Assembly: GCA_950097015.1 (NCBI GenBank)
Contig: CATNEN010000038.1
Location: forward strand, 8,804,001-8,868,000
Origin: Macrostomum hystrix
Taxonomy: Eukaryota; Animalia; Platyhelminthes
Length of the DNA stretch: 64,000 nucleotides
Direction of reading: 5' to 3'
The notes beneath the pieces are model-generated. The model did no database searches. It was not told the DNA's origin and worked only from the letters and a program-made list of their open reading frames with translations. Made by a program: the position numbers and the translations under genes. Of the stretch, positions 36,161-48,399 are shown one piece after another (position 1 is the stretch's first letter; every line of letters starts with the position of its first letter).

Positions 36161-37629
36161 TTTATGGTTAAAACTCATAGCCGAAAATTCACACTGCCGA
36201 AGACAGAAGCTATAAGATCAAAACATCTTCGATAGCTCTATAGCTCTAAGCTGTACAGATGACACGAAGGGAAGTACTGTATATAAAGCTCAGGGTTTCT
36301 ATGGGGCCGTGTGCAGGTTTGTAACCGAATGCCAGACTGCATCCGTCCAGTAATTTCTCAAAGAGCGAAGAGCAGATCTAGGGAAGTTTCAGCGCTCTAA
36401 ACTTCATGGAGAAGTTACTCGCTCTGAAAGACAAGGTTGATTGCCAAGTTCTGCCTCTTCTTTAGCAGCTGCTGTTTGAAGTCCTCTGACCTCCACAGCT
36501 TGACAGCGTTGTCGTCAGGTGAACCCAGAACCCTCGTCACGTGACTGTCGTTCGTGCCCACCTGACCAGACGACTCGTCGTTGATGACGAGCAGCTGGCA
36601 GATGCGGTTTGTTACATTCTAAACTGCGGCAGCACAGGCTCTCTTCTCGTACCATGTGAGGCACTCGAGGTCGGAGCGGAAGTCGGACTCCTTGAGCAGA
36701 CTGCTGCTCACGGAACTGTCGATAACAACTGATTCGTTGAGAAGCAGCTCAAACTCGCGACTGGTCCCAGCAGCGACCCTCACTGAAACAGATTTGAGTC
36801 AGCTCAAGAATGATTCCAAATGATTTCAATTATTTTTTAAAACAGAGAGAGAAGTAGCACTCACGGACTGTTTGAGCAAGCAGCATAGCAACAAGTGTTA
36901 GTATGTACATATTCAGTGCAATATTCAGTGCAGTTTAGTTCCTCTAAAGGCTGGGGCTCCACTTTGTGGAGATAGCAGAGAGTTTAAGTAGGCAATGGCG
37001 ATGTCATTGCGGCGAGCCTTGTCCTGGATCCCGCACTCAAGACTCGTTAATGGGCTTGGCGACTATTTACGATTTACCTGTATGCAGCGAATTTTCGAAT
37101 CGTTTGGCCTCCATCAAAACTAAGGCTTGTTTTTAGTTAACTTCTACCCTGTCACATTGCCAATTATTTCCTGACCAGGAGTTGCATTCCAACAGAACTG
37201 GCTACCCCCATCAGTGAGTGCATGCGCCAGAATGTCAAGGCACTTTAACATGCTGAGTTGGCTACCCTGCCGCTGGCGCATCTGGCATAAATTAGTCGAG
37301 TTTGCATCCAGCAGCTTGAGTCCTCGCGGCTACTGCCGTGGAGCCTGGGCGGAATTCGGATTGAAGACTAAAATGCTATTAAGTAAACACACCCACTTGC
37401 TGACTAAGCGATTGTCACAATGCCTTCGCCGCGGTATTGACAGCTTAGAATAATAAGAGGAGTCTTCCATCAGCTACTGAGCGCTCTCCAACTCGCAAAA
37501 AAACTATAGCTTCACTGCTTATCTGAAACTTTTTCTACACCCTCAAGTTGAACCGTAATTTTTCGTGAATGTAAATCTAACACTTACTGACCCATTTTCA
37601 GATCCTGCGCCGCTCCTAAAACAAAAAGT

Positions 37630-38530
37630 ATACTCAGCAATAATTTTAAGACTATACTCAGCAATATTAAAAACCGCCACCCTAGAGCGAGGGGAACGGT
37701 TGATCTCAACTCACTGCCGCAAATTACGTAATGTGCACCTGACTGCAAGGAGGGCTACCGTGGGAGAGTGGGGTGGGTAAAGGGTTATCGCGAAGTTCAA
37801 AATGGATGATTTAGCACACTCAGTCAAAATGCAGCTAACGAGTAACCAGTATTACTCGTTATCTCCAAAATGGTTCGCCACATGACAGATGGTGAACGAT
37901 GGCGAGCCATAGGCATGCTTGAGGCCGGAATGTCCATCCGAGCAGTAGCCCGTCAATTCGGCAGATCACGTTCGACGATTCGCAGCCTTCTGCAGAAGTG
38001 CAGAGACACTGGCAAGTGTCGCGCACGCAAGTCGTGGAGTCCAGCGCCGTCATCTGCGCAGCACAGCAAGGCTGATCGGCGACTGCTGCGAATTGTGAGG
38101 GGAAACCCCACCTTACCTGCCACATTGCTTCGACTCATCTGTGGTGAAAGAATCAGGCGCGGGAAAATCTTGAGCGCCCAAACAATTCGACGGAGAATTT
38201 GGGCGGCTGGGCTGCGCTGCCGCAAGATGCGCAAGCGACCCCGACTGACGCCTGCTCACTGCGCCACACGAGAGCTGTGGGCGATGCTGCGAATTCACTG
38301 GAGGCAGCAGCAATGGCGACGCGTCGTATTCACTGATGAGAGCCGCTTCCGCCTCTTTCAGGCAGACGGTCGCGTTCGTGTTTGGCGAGAGCCGCGGCAG
38401 GAAATGCTGCAACAGCACGTTCAAGACTACGACGGACAGTCAGCCTCGGTGCATGTTTGGGCGGGGATCACGTTGAACGCCAAGAGCTTGTCTTTCTGGA
38501 CTCAAATGTAACGGCAGGCGTCTACGCTAA
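37630..38530 (+). mobile_element. Tc1-family transposon, 3'-truncated (transposase ORF 37870-38511)
   Basis: HTH RAIGMLEAGMSIRAVARQFG, SAQTIRRR, KRPRLT..H, WRRVVFTDESRF, VHVWAGIT; lacks the rest of the DDE domain; tatactcagcaata at 37630 may be the left TIR. Confidence 0.9.
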
Positions 38531-38539
38531 TTAACTTTG

Positions 38540-40160
38540 GTTAACTTGACTCAGTCTCGTCTCGCTCATTTGACTAGCAGACACAACACTGGCATCGCAG
38601 CAGAGGCTAGAGCAAACTCCCCCAAACCAGCACAGTCCAGCCAATCAACTCACGACAGCATGCAAGAAGCCAGGAAGATTGTGCTGCTCACTCACTGCCT
38701 TGGGCACGAAGGAGTACGAATCTACCGGACTCTCTCGGCTGATCAGGAAACAGCTCCGACAACACTAGCAGCGATCTCCTGAAGCAGCACTTCCAGCCAG
38801 CAGTGAGCGTGTATGGCGTGAGGCACGAATTCCGGAAGTGCGTCCAGCGAAGCGCCGAAGGCGTGCAAGCCTGTGTGGTAAATCTGCGCCATGCCGCCAA
38901 GGACTGCCAGTTCGGAGTCCTCCATGACGACCTCATATTGGACCAGCTGATTTTTGGCACCTCGTCCTCAAAGGTGCGCGAAAGACTTCTACTTGAGAAG
39001 GAGCTCACGCTGGGTGGGGCAATCCAAATTGCAGCCCAGGTGGAAATGGCGGTCCAGAGTGAGAAGTCGCTGACTGACAAGACAGCAGCCGGAGACGGCA
39101 TCAAGAGATCAACTTTAAGAGAGCTTCTTACGACGCCAAGCAGCGCCAGAACCAGTTCTGCTACCAGTGATCCGCGCTGTGCGGCACGAGGGAAGCCGTG
39201 CACGAAGTGTGGGAGACTCAACCACTTCGCCAAGGTGTTCAAGAGCAGCACGACGGCACCGACGCCAAGTAGCACCGACGGCACGACGGCACAGGCCACA
39301 AGAAGATTCAAGGCGTGGAGATAGACAGCTCCAGACAGCAGAGTATCTTCGCTGTCGAGTCGAGCAACAAAGGCGAGTACAAGAGGGCCAGCATAAGAAT
39401 CAACGGTCACAGCTAGCATCCCGTTACTGGTGGACACAGCCGCCAAAGTCTCCATCCTCAGCGTGGAGACAAGCCGCAAAATCTTCGAATCTAAAATCCC
39501 TCTGCGCCGGTCCGAGAAAAAGCTGCTGTCCTACAACGGCTCCAGTATCAGCGTCGCCGGCGAGATCGATGCCAGGGTCCAGTTCGACGGCGTTCAGCTT
39601 CCGTTGTTCACCTTCACAATTGGTGATGGACGGCGACGACCTGATGGGCATCTACCTGATGGACAAACTCGACTGCAAGGTCCTCGGACCTTCCGGCCAT
39701 CAAATCTTCACTATTAGCTCGGGTACCGAGGCTTCAGGTATGCCACCTATGCCAGATTGAATTCCTGCCAAGTACCACACTTTAGGCACCGGTCTCGGCC
39801 TTCCAGAAGATCGTCGGCAAGATCCTGGAAGGCATTGACGGCGTCATGCACTATCAAGATGACATCGCAGTGCGCACGGCAACGGAAGCCGAGCATGACA
39901 AACGCCTTCTCCGAGTCCTGAACAAGCTGCTGCAGCACCAAGTCACCATCAACCTCAAGAATTGTGTTCTTTCAAGGTTTCGGAGATCGAGTTCGTCGGA
40001 CATCGGATCAGCGCCACCGGCATCCAGCCGCTTCAGTCCCACGCTGAGTCGGTAGAGCAATTCTCAAGGCACCGATGACGAACGTGCCGGAGCTCGTTTC
40101 CTTCCTCGGCTTCGCAAAGTTCCTCCAGTTCTACATCAGGAACCTGTTGCATGTCGCAAC
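38540..40160 (+). mobile_element. Degenerate Ty3/Gypsy LTR retrotransposon internal fragment (gag, protease, partial RT)
   Basis: Gag CQFG..DQLIFG..VRERLL..LTL; knuckle CAARGKPCTKCGRLNHFAKV; protease LLVDTAAKVS; RT HYQDDI..EHDKRL; stops, frameshifts and an internal deletion. Confidence 0.9.
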
Positions 40161-40589
40161 ACAACACAACACTCTCTCTTTACTGACATTCAGAAAACGT
40201 AGGGGCGTGACATGGACTTCCATATCTAGCATATAAATTGGAGAAGAAATTATATATTTATATATTATTTGCCGCAACATTATAATATAAGGCCATATGC
40301 TTTTCGCGCCTTACCGAGTATAGACCAGAATCGATTCCCTTTTTTATAGCTTCTCAGCTTTGACCTTTCACGTGTAACATTAGTTGAACTGACTGAACGT
40401 GCTTGTACAAACGCGTTATAATTTTTTGTTTGAGTTATTTACTGGTTAGCTTCTCTAATGATCAAGAGCATTTCGGTGAGACATTGACAGTTACTGTCGT
40501 CTGTCGAAAAAAGATATGTTTTATTTAAAATCAGAGAAGCGAGAAAGGCTAAACCATTCTAGGTGCGTGGTTGCCAGGAGAAATGCTTC

Positions 40590-40742
40590 ATCTCTTCCAA
40601 CTGTCTCATCTCTATCGTGTCAAATCTCCCCGGGTCTCATCTCTCGCGAGTCTCGACTCATCTCTCCCGAGCCCCAACCGTCTCATATCTCTCCTATCTC
40701 ATATCTATCCAGTGCCTCATATATTCAGTGTCTCATTTCTTC
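40590..40742. repeat. Degenerate tctcatctc-type repeat, related to the 56295 array
   Basis: Repeated tctcatctct motif. Confidence 0.6.
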
Positions 40743-41428
40743 CGTGCATCATAAATAAAATCAGATTAATGTGAAATCCTAGTTTCTTAGAAAAGTGATT
40801 CTTGGAAGTTAAAATTATCGCATAAAATAAAAGAAGCGCACTACGTTAATAAGTTATTAAGCCAGCTGCAATATAAAACCATGATGCCTATTATTGCAGT
40901 GCTTATTGGTATGGTCCAGTGTAAATAGTGATGACTAGGCCTATCTATTCCCATGGATCCATGTCAATAATGCCCGCCTTATCTGTTTAGCAGCTTGCTG
41001 GAATAGGCTGTCATATTGTATTTGTACAGATATATGCCAGCTAGGTAAATGCCATCTTTTTCAATTTGCATAATGAAAAATGGAAAATCATCAAAAATAC
41101 ATAGCTTAGTTCCATTCCTATACTAATTCAAATATTGCTTGACTTAAAATATTTAAAAGCAAAGTAAAAATGGTTATATTTTTTACACAAATGTTCAGAT
41201 CCTTTTGTTGTGCCTTTTTATATAATTAGGCCTAGGCCCCTAGCTAATATTAAAACTCAATAAAATGTTTTCTTTGGTGTTTAAAATGATTTTATTGGCA
41301 CTAAGACAGACTTAAATGCTGTTTTTAACATATTCTAATGACTTGAATGCACCCACAGGCTATGGGTTTAATTGGTCTAATTTCTATCCAGTTAAAGAGA
41401 TATATAACCTTAATAAGCTTAAATATAA

Positions 41429-41962
41429 GGCAATGCTTATCCCCACGGTACCGTAGAAATAATTTTTGTCTTATTCCTACGGTACTGTGGGAATAATTTC
41501 CTGCTTATCCGCACGGCACACCGCACTGACGAGATAGCTGTCCTATCATCTATTTTTTTTATCATGACTGCAATTTTCATTTTTTTCTTCTGGTTTTTAA
41601 AAGCAAGTAAACAAATTAAAGTTTTCTGCTTTTTTCGCAAGTAGGGCCTAGTTACCCAATACGGTGGCTTTTTAAGTATATAAAATATATATTTCGATTA
41701 TTTATATATTTAAAAGAATACAACTGAAGTGTGTATTTTTCTAATCTTATAGCTCAAGCCTTCTAAGTCTATAGCTGAAGATAGGACAGCTATCTTGTCA
41801 GTGTGCCATGCGGATAAGCAGGAAATTATTCCCACGGAATATGTTGAAGATAGGACAGCTATCTCGTCAGTGTGCCGTGCAGATAAGCAGGAAATTATTC
41901 CCATGGTACCGTAGGAATAAGACAAAAATTATTTCTACGGTACTGTGGGGATAAGCACTGCC
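41429..41962. mobile_element. MITE with about 120-bp TIRs nested in the outer element
   Basis: ggcaatgcttatccccacggtaccgtagaaataatttttgtcttattcctacggtac... inverted at 41845-41962; partial extra TIR copy at 41777-41836. Confidence 0.85.
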
Positions 41963-42080
41963 TAAATATAATTTGTCAAAAAGCTTGATCAAATTGAGTA
42001 AAGAATTAGTTGCTGAAATAAAATTGTTTGGAAAAGGTTGGCTTTTGCACAGATGGGATATACAAGATTGTACTTGTATA

Positions 42081-42731
42081 TGTAGGGTAATGTATCATCA
42101 ACCAAACAAGAATGTGTATTTTTTTAACTTCAAACCTAAGCTACAGATTTTCTATTTAAGATATGATGATAAATCAAAAGCCAAGTTATAGAAAACAGTT
42201 ACATCTTTCTAAAAAGTATCTGCTTTTGCTATTTTGTCAGATAGAAAAAAATTTATTCCTGCTTTTTATCTAAAACCGAACAATGATTTTCATGTATCTT
42301 CAAACCAAACAGAGAATTTGATGTTTGGTTTTAAAATTTGAGTGAGTGGTTTAATCTTATTTTAAGGAGTGATCTATCATGAATTATGTCATTTGAAAGC
42401 ATTTTTCATGCTCTATAAATAACTACATTTATGGTCATTTAATTGGCAAGCAACCACATACAATCTTTGTCTAAAGTACATACTGAAAAAATGTTGTTAA
42501 AAAGTATGCTTTTGCAATAAAAATTTCTACTGAAACATCAATATCTTTCTTTCCTCTTAATGCTTCATTGCACATCATGCCTCAGCTTGTAGATAATTTC
42601 TTCAACTTTCAAATTAGTTGTTCTGTGAAACACAATAGCTTGTTTCTGTCTTGCACGAGACCAAGGAAGGAGTCAAAATTCTTGTTCGGTTTTGAAGATA
42701 CACTGTTCGGTTGATGATACATTACCCTACA
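42081..42731. mobile_element. Second nested MITE
   Basis: tgtagggtaatgtatcatcaaccaaaca ... tgttcggttgatgatacattaccctaca inverted termini. Confidence 0.75.
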
Positions 42732-43102
42732 ATGTGGTGGTCTATTCTAGCAAGCTGTCATGCAGATAAGGTGGGCATTATTGGCACAGATCTCATGGGA
42801 CCATGTCAATAAGCATTGTCATAAATATTATACATTTCTGTTTATAATAATATGTTTTTTAAACTATCTTTGCTACTAATATAGACATTTTTATATATAG
42901 TTCTTTGTTCTGCAAATTAACTTTAATTCTATATACACAGTATCGGCATAAATTTACTTTTGTTCACGAAATTATTTTCTTTTTTTTATGTTGAACAATG
43001 AAGCGGATAATGTCAACTGGTAGCACAACTGGTGGGAAACATTTTAAATGGCACTGAGCATTGCTCAGTTCAGTTCAATGCAGTCCTGACTGTCTCAGAT
43101 TC

Positions 43103-43365
43103 CTAAACTGGGTAATAATGATGAATCCAGTACAGAATGCTGCCAAAAACCTTGGCAGGCCCCAGGTGAAGGCGTTGCCATAGATACTCTTGGATGTGCG
43201 ATTCAAAGAAGGCATCGCTAGTGCCATGCCACATAGTCTTGTCAGTACTTGCCGTCACTTCCATCAGATCCCTTGAATTCATATTTAGTTCTGTCAGTGC
43301 CTGTGCCAGCAGAACTTCATTCGGTGGCACAATACATGATGGTCTTGGGGGCTGCCCAGCCATTT
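43103..43365 (-). mobile_element. Merlin/ISXO2-like transposase remnant
   Basis: GTSDAFFESHIQEYLWQR..KVFGSILYWIHHYYPV resembles the C-terminus of ISXO2-like (Merlin) transposases; catalytic core absent. Confidence 0.45.
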
Positions 43366-43744
43366 GCAAATCAGAAGAGTCTTGAAGTCTCAAAAATCCA
43401 AACTATAGTGAGGGCTCAATAAAACTCCAAACAACTCTATGCGGCTACTATGGGCCATAGACAACTCCCATTCATCATTCTGCATCATTGGCACCATTTT
43501 AAAAGAGGAAAATAATTTCGCGAACGAAAGTAAATTTACGCCACAGTACCAACAGAACTTAGGTTTTGGATATTTGGATATGACACTGTGCTAGCCTTCC
43601 TTATCATGGGTGAGACCAATTGGCATGCAATCTCTATTACAATAGCTAGGCCTACTCATCGCAATTCCAGGCTGCAGCTAGAACCAGCCCAGGCATTGGA
43701 TTAGGTTTCAATTAGCCGATTGTCAGTTGATCGCTTCAACTTAG

Positions 43745-46700
43745 ATGGCTTCGGGCCTGTTCCATCAGAGTGGTTACCAGTCCCTCGATGGGGACGCCTC
43801 ACTCAGCGGTGCCGGCATGCCCAGCATGGACTTTCACGAAGAGGAAATAGCCTTCTCTTCCGAGGAGACCTCACTGGGGGATTCCAGGCACCAGTCGCAT
43901 CGCTTTGAGCACATTCAGAATCTGGATGATTTCTTCACCAGGGTTTATCGCTACCACCAGCGCGGCGGCTTCCTCTGCATGGCTCTGGAGGAGCTGTTCC
44001 AGCTGTTCCAGCTGGCCTTCGTTGTCATCTTCTCCACCTTCTTAATGGAGTGCGTCAATTATTCTGTGCTATTTCGCAACGCTATGACCAATGGGACAAA
44101 GACCCAGTTGTCGGAGGCGATCATTAGTCCGCAGTATTGCGCTGCTCACCTCAGCGGCTGGGTCGTATTCGCTGTGATTGTGTCCGTGTTCGTCTGGCTG
44201 GCCAAATTCGCAAAGGTCTCCTATAATTTAGTTAAATACTGGGAGACTCGTGGCTTCTATACTCAGGTGAATTTTAAATGGATTATCTGTCTGTCTTTCA
44301 ACTGATGGTATTTAGATTCCATCCATCGGCAATTCTTCCCTCCATTCATCGACAGTTATCCCCTCCGTCAATCAGTCATTATCCCCTCCATCCATCAATA
44401 GTTATCCCCTCCATCAATCAGTCGTTATCCCCTCCATCCATCAATAGTTATCCCCTCCATCCATCAATAGTTATCCCCTCCATCAATCAGTCGTTATCCC
44501 CTCCATCCATCAATATTAGTTATCCCCTCCGTCAATCAGTCGTTATCCCCTCCATCCATCAATAGTTATCCCCTCCGTCAATCAGTCGTTATCCCCTCCA
44601 TCCATCAATATTAGTTATCCCCTCCGTCAATCAGTCGTTATCCCCTCCATCCATCAATATTAGTTATCCCCTCCGTCAATCAGTCGTTATCCCCTCCATC
44701 CATCAATATTAGTTATCCCCTCCGTCAATCAGTCGTTATCCCCCTCCATCCATCAATAGTTATCCCCTCCATCTATCAATAGTTATCCCCCTCCATCTAT
44801 CAATAGTTATCCCCCTCCATCTATCAATAGTTATCCCCCTCCATCTATCAATAGTTATCCCCTCCGTCCATCAATATTAGTTATCCCCTCCGTCCATCAG
44901 TCGTTATCCCCTCCATCCATCAATATTAGTTATCCCCTCCATCCATCAATATTTGTTATCCCCTCCGTCCATCAGTATTTATCACCTCTATATTCGTACA
45001 GTTATCCCTAGCTGCATAGGTACTAGAATTCCGTGGTCTTTCTAATTGCTGTGACAGGCTTTGCGCATCGGAGACAGCTCGGAGCTGGCCAGCCTGACCT
45101 GGGCGGAGGTGCAGTCCAAGCTGCTGGCCATGCAGAAGGAGTACCACCTGTGTGTGCACAAGACAGACCTGACTGAGCTGGACATCTACAATAGGATTCT
45201 GCGATTCGAAAACTACACCGTCGCCATGGTCAACAAAGACTTACTTCCGTTAAAACTTCAACTCCCTATACTGGGCGAGTATGTGTACTTTTCGCGCTGG
45301 CTAAAGTACAACATAAAGCTGGCCCTGTTCTACTTTCCCTACTGGGGCCTGTTTGAGAACCGCTGGCACTTGAAGCAAGAGTACAAGAGGCTGGACAATC
45401 GGAACGAGCTGGTTGAGCGGCTGCGCAAAATCTTTCGAATATTCGGCCTGTTAAACATCGTCCTGTTGCCGCTCATCTTCCTCTGGCAGATCCTGCTTCT
45501 GTTCTTCAAGTACGCCGAGTTGGTCAAACGCGAGCCGTCCCTGCTGGGCAGTCGGCGCTGGTCTGAGTACGGTCGGGTCTACCTGAGACACTTCAACGAG
45601 TTGGATCACGAGCTGGAGGCCCGGCTGGTCAGAGCGTACGAACCAGCTGCCCGCTACATGAACTGCTTCACCTCCAGGGTGCTGACTGTGCTGGCCAAGA
45701 ATGCCATGTTCTTTGCCGGCGCCCTGCTAGTTGTGCTCATTGTGCTCTCTGTCATTGACGAGGATGTGCTTCATGTTGAGCACGTGCTGACTGGCATGAC
45801 AGTGCTGGGCATTGTGGTCACGATTTGCCGGGCCAGCATTCCCGATGAGAATCAGGTGAGTGAGTGCTGACCGCGGCGGCACTGAGTTTTACCGACTCAC
45901 GATTCCCAACTCTACTGCAACAGTTTGTGTCCTTTAGCAAGATACCTAACTCTTAATTGCTTTAGTTCACCCAGCTGGGGCAATTGAGGGTGGGTGTGGC
46001 GTCCCCCCGGTCCATGGACTGAACAGCCGTACGCAGCCTTCAGATGTGGCTGTGCTGTCGGCTGCACATCTGTCTTAATTGGGGCAGGTGTAGTCAATAA
46101 ATTAAAATAATACGAATTCTAAATTCTGAGTCTGAGCTTAGAATTACTGTTCCGCTAAACTCTTCAGGTGTGGTGCCCGGAGCTTCTGCTGAAGAAAACC
46201 CTGTGCCACATTCACTATCTGCCAGACGCGTGGCATTGGCGCGGTCGTGAGCACAAAACGGTCACCAGGAACAACTTCGCCGTGCTGTTTCAGTACAAGG
46301 TCACTTTCCTGCTGGAGGAGATTCTCAGCCCCATCGTCACGCCCCTCATGCTGCTGTTCGTGTTCCCGGATAGGTCAGTTCAAGAGCACGGACTCAACGA
46401 AACTTGCTGCTTGCTCGCCTGAGTCTCCTTGCTCTCAAAATTCTTCAGGACTACCCCATATCCTTCAGAACTACCCCATATCCTTCAGGACTACTCCATA
46501 TACTTCAGGACTATCCCATATCCTTCAGAACCATCCCATATACTTCAGGACTACCCCATATCCTTCAGGACTACCCCATATCCTTCAGGACTATCCCATA
46601 TTTTTCAGGACTACTCCATATCCTTCAGGACTACTCCATATACTTCAGGACTACCCCATATCCTTCAGGACTACTCCATATCCTTCAGGACTACCCAATA

Positions 46701-48055
46701 TCCTTCAGGACTATCAAATATACTTCAGGACTATCCCATATCCTTCAGAACTATCCCATATACTTCAGGACTACCCCATATCCTTCAGGACTACCCCATA
46801 TCCTTCAGGACTATCCCATATTTTTCAGGACTACTCCATATCCTTCAGGACTACTCCATATACTTCAGGACTACCCCATATCCTTCAGGACTACCCCATA
46901 TCCTTCAGGTCTACTCCATATACTTCAGGACTATCCTATATCCTTCAGAACTATCCCATATCCTTCAGAACTATCCCATATCCTTCAGGACTATCCCATG
47001 TCCTTCAGAACTATCCCTTATCCTAATTGGTCTTACCCACTTTAGATACTTTAGAGCCTTAGCCATCCCATACCCCTGGAAGCTTCATGAAACCACATTA
47101 TTCAGCGCCCATTCCTTAATTTTTCAGCACCTGGGTTCCAATTCAGGTACCCCAGTGTGGTTCTCACCAGTCTCTTGATTTCCCTGTCACAATTTTCCTC
47201 ATCCATTGCTAATCCGTCAGGTGCGGCCAGCTGATCGACTTCTTCCGCAACTTCACCATCGACATTCAGGGCGTTGGCGACGTCTGCTCCTTCGCTCAAT
47301 TGGATGTTCGGGCTCACGGCAGCCCCGAGTGGGCGGCCGACGCCGACGCCCCGATGCCGGCGAACCTGTCCGCCTCCGCCAGCGCTGCCGAAGCTGCCGA
47401 GGCCGCCTCCGGCTCCCAGGATCCCGAGCTGGCAGCCGTAGCCACTGACGGCAAAACTGAGCTGTCACTGCTGCACTTCCACCTCACCAATCCCGGTTGG
47501 CTACCGCAGGCGCGCCAATCCGGTCTCTACCTAGGCAGTGTCAGGCGGCAGGCAATGCAGGCCAGCTGCATTAGCCAGCAGCAGCAGCAGCAGCTGCAGT
47601 CGCAGCACCAGCAGAACCTGCTTCTAGCCGCCTCCTTTCCGAAGCCGGAAGACTCAACCACTGGGGCGCTGCTGATGCTGCAGTCGCAGCACATGTTCTC
47701 TGCCCCGCCAAACAGCTTAGAGAATCCGTCTGCCCAGCAGCAGCCGCAACAGAGGCTGCTAGGCGGAGTCAGCCGACTGGACCACCACCAGGGCCAGCCG
47801 CAGAGTCTGCAGCATCAGCAGCAGCAGTCCATGGCGCAGATGACCGCTTCGGTCGCAGTGCTGGATCCCTACACAATCGCTACCTCTGCAGGCCAGTCAC
47901 TGGCGGCGCAAATGTCAGTTTCAACACTCTACCTGCACGAGCTGCATCATCACCGGCTGCAGAGTCGAGCATCGGCTGTCGCGACCGGCCTCCTGCTGGC
48001 TCCGATGGCCGAGGATGAGCCCGCAGCCGATGCTGTCGGCCACAGGTCGGCGTAG
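43745..48055 (+). CDS. ATG9: Autophagy-related protein 9; exons 43745-44266, 45058-45855, 46168-46373, 47221-48055
   Basis: HIQNLDDFFTRVYRYHQRGGF, LTELDIYNRILRFENYTVAMVNK, LGSRRWSEYGRVYLRHFNELDHEL, IHYLPD, IDFFRNFT..GVGDVCSFAQLDV, GKTELSLLHF; consistent GT-AG phases. Confidence 0.98.
44345..44978. repeat. Intronic minisatellite (gttatcccctccatccatcaata family)
   Basis: Tandem 23-26 bp units in ATG9 intron 1. Confidence 0.93.
45895..46100 (+). mobile_element. SINE family A copy, 5'-degenerate, in ATG9 intron 2
   Basis: cctttagcaagatacctaactc..gttcacccagctggg..gtccatggactgaacagccgtacgcag..ttggggcaggtgta. Confidence 0.8.
46442..47020. repeat. Intronic minisatellite, 20-bp unit (tccttcaggactaccccata)
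   Basis: Tandem periodicity in ATG9 intron 3. Confidence 0.96.
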
Positions 48056-48399
48056 CTTCGTCTAGCAGCGCTTGAGTTCAGCTTTCACCTAGTTCTCGGC
48101 CATTAGTGATAGCATCTTAAACCCGCCTCTCGGCTGCCATTCGCACCTTTGCGCTACTAAACCACAGAATAACTCACAGAAGAACAAAACTTTCTCGATT
48201 ACTAATATAGGTATAGTAGGCGCATTAGTCGTCGAAATTCATGACAAGTTTCTGTAAATCGCACAATAACGAATTTTCACTACATGTAGTGTGCTGCAAC
48301 TGCCTTCTCTCAGTGATGCTCGATTTATCGATCGATTGTTCGATCACTCTGCACTCTGATTGTTCCAATTATTGTTGTGTAGCTTGTATACGACCCACC

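Larger units (their letters stand above)
33285..36910 (-). pseudogene. Disabled gene for a secreted PAN/apple-like + ALK/LTK-type glycine-rich protein; exons 36910-36865, 36782-36423, 35673-35359, 33796-33285
   Basis: Signal peptide MYILTLVAMLLAQTV; ECLTW..RACAAAV*NVTNRICQL with in-frame TAG at 36621-36619; GCYRIEAFGAQGG, EVVAGQAGG, GGGGGSFV, LLLAAGGGGG, GGFGGGGGG; two frameshifts in exon 3; GC donor after exon 2. Confidence 0.75.
40897..42818. mobile_element. Outer non-autonomous element with long imperfect TIRs (about 40897-41010 and 42740-42818)
   Basis: cagtgcttattg..atggtcc..caataatgcccgccttatctg..cagcttgctggaatag is inverted at the right end. Confidence 0.65.

Noticed and set aside
36619-36621. 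Stop-codon readthrough or recoding at the in-frame TAG
   Set aside because: Independent frameshifts in the next exon make pseudogenisation the simpler explanation; all other genes use the standard code
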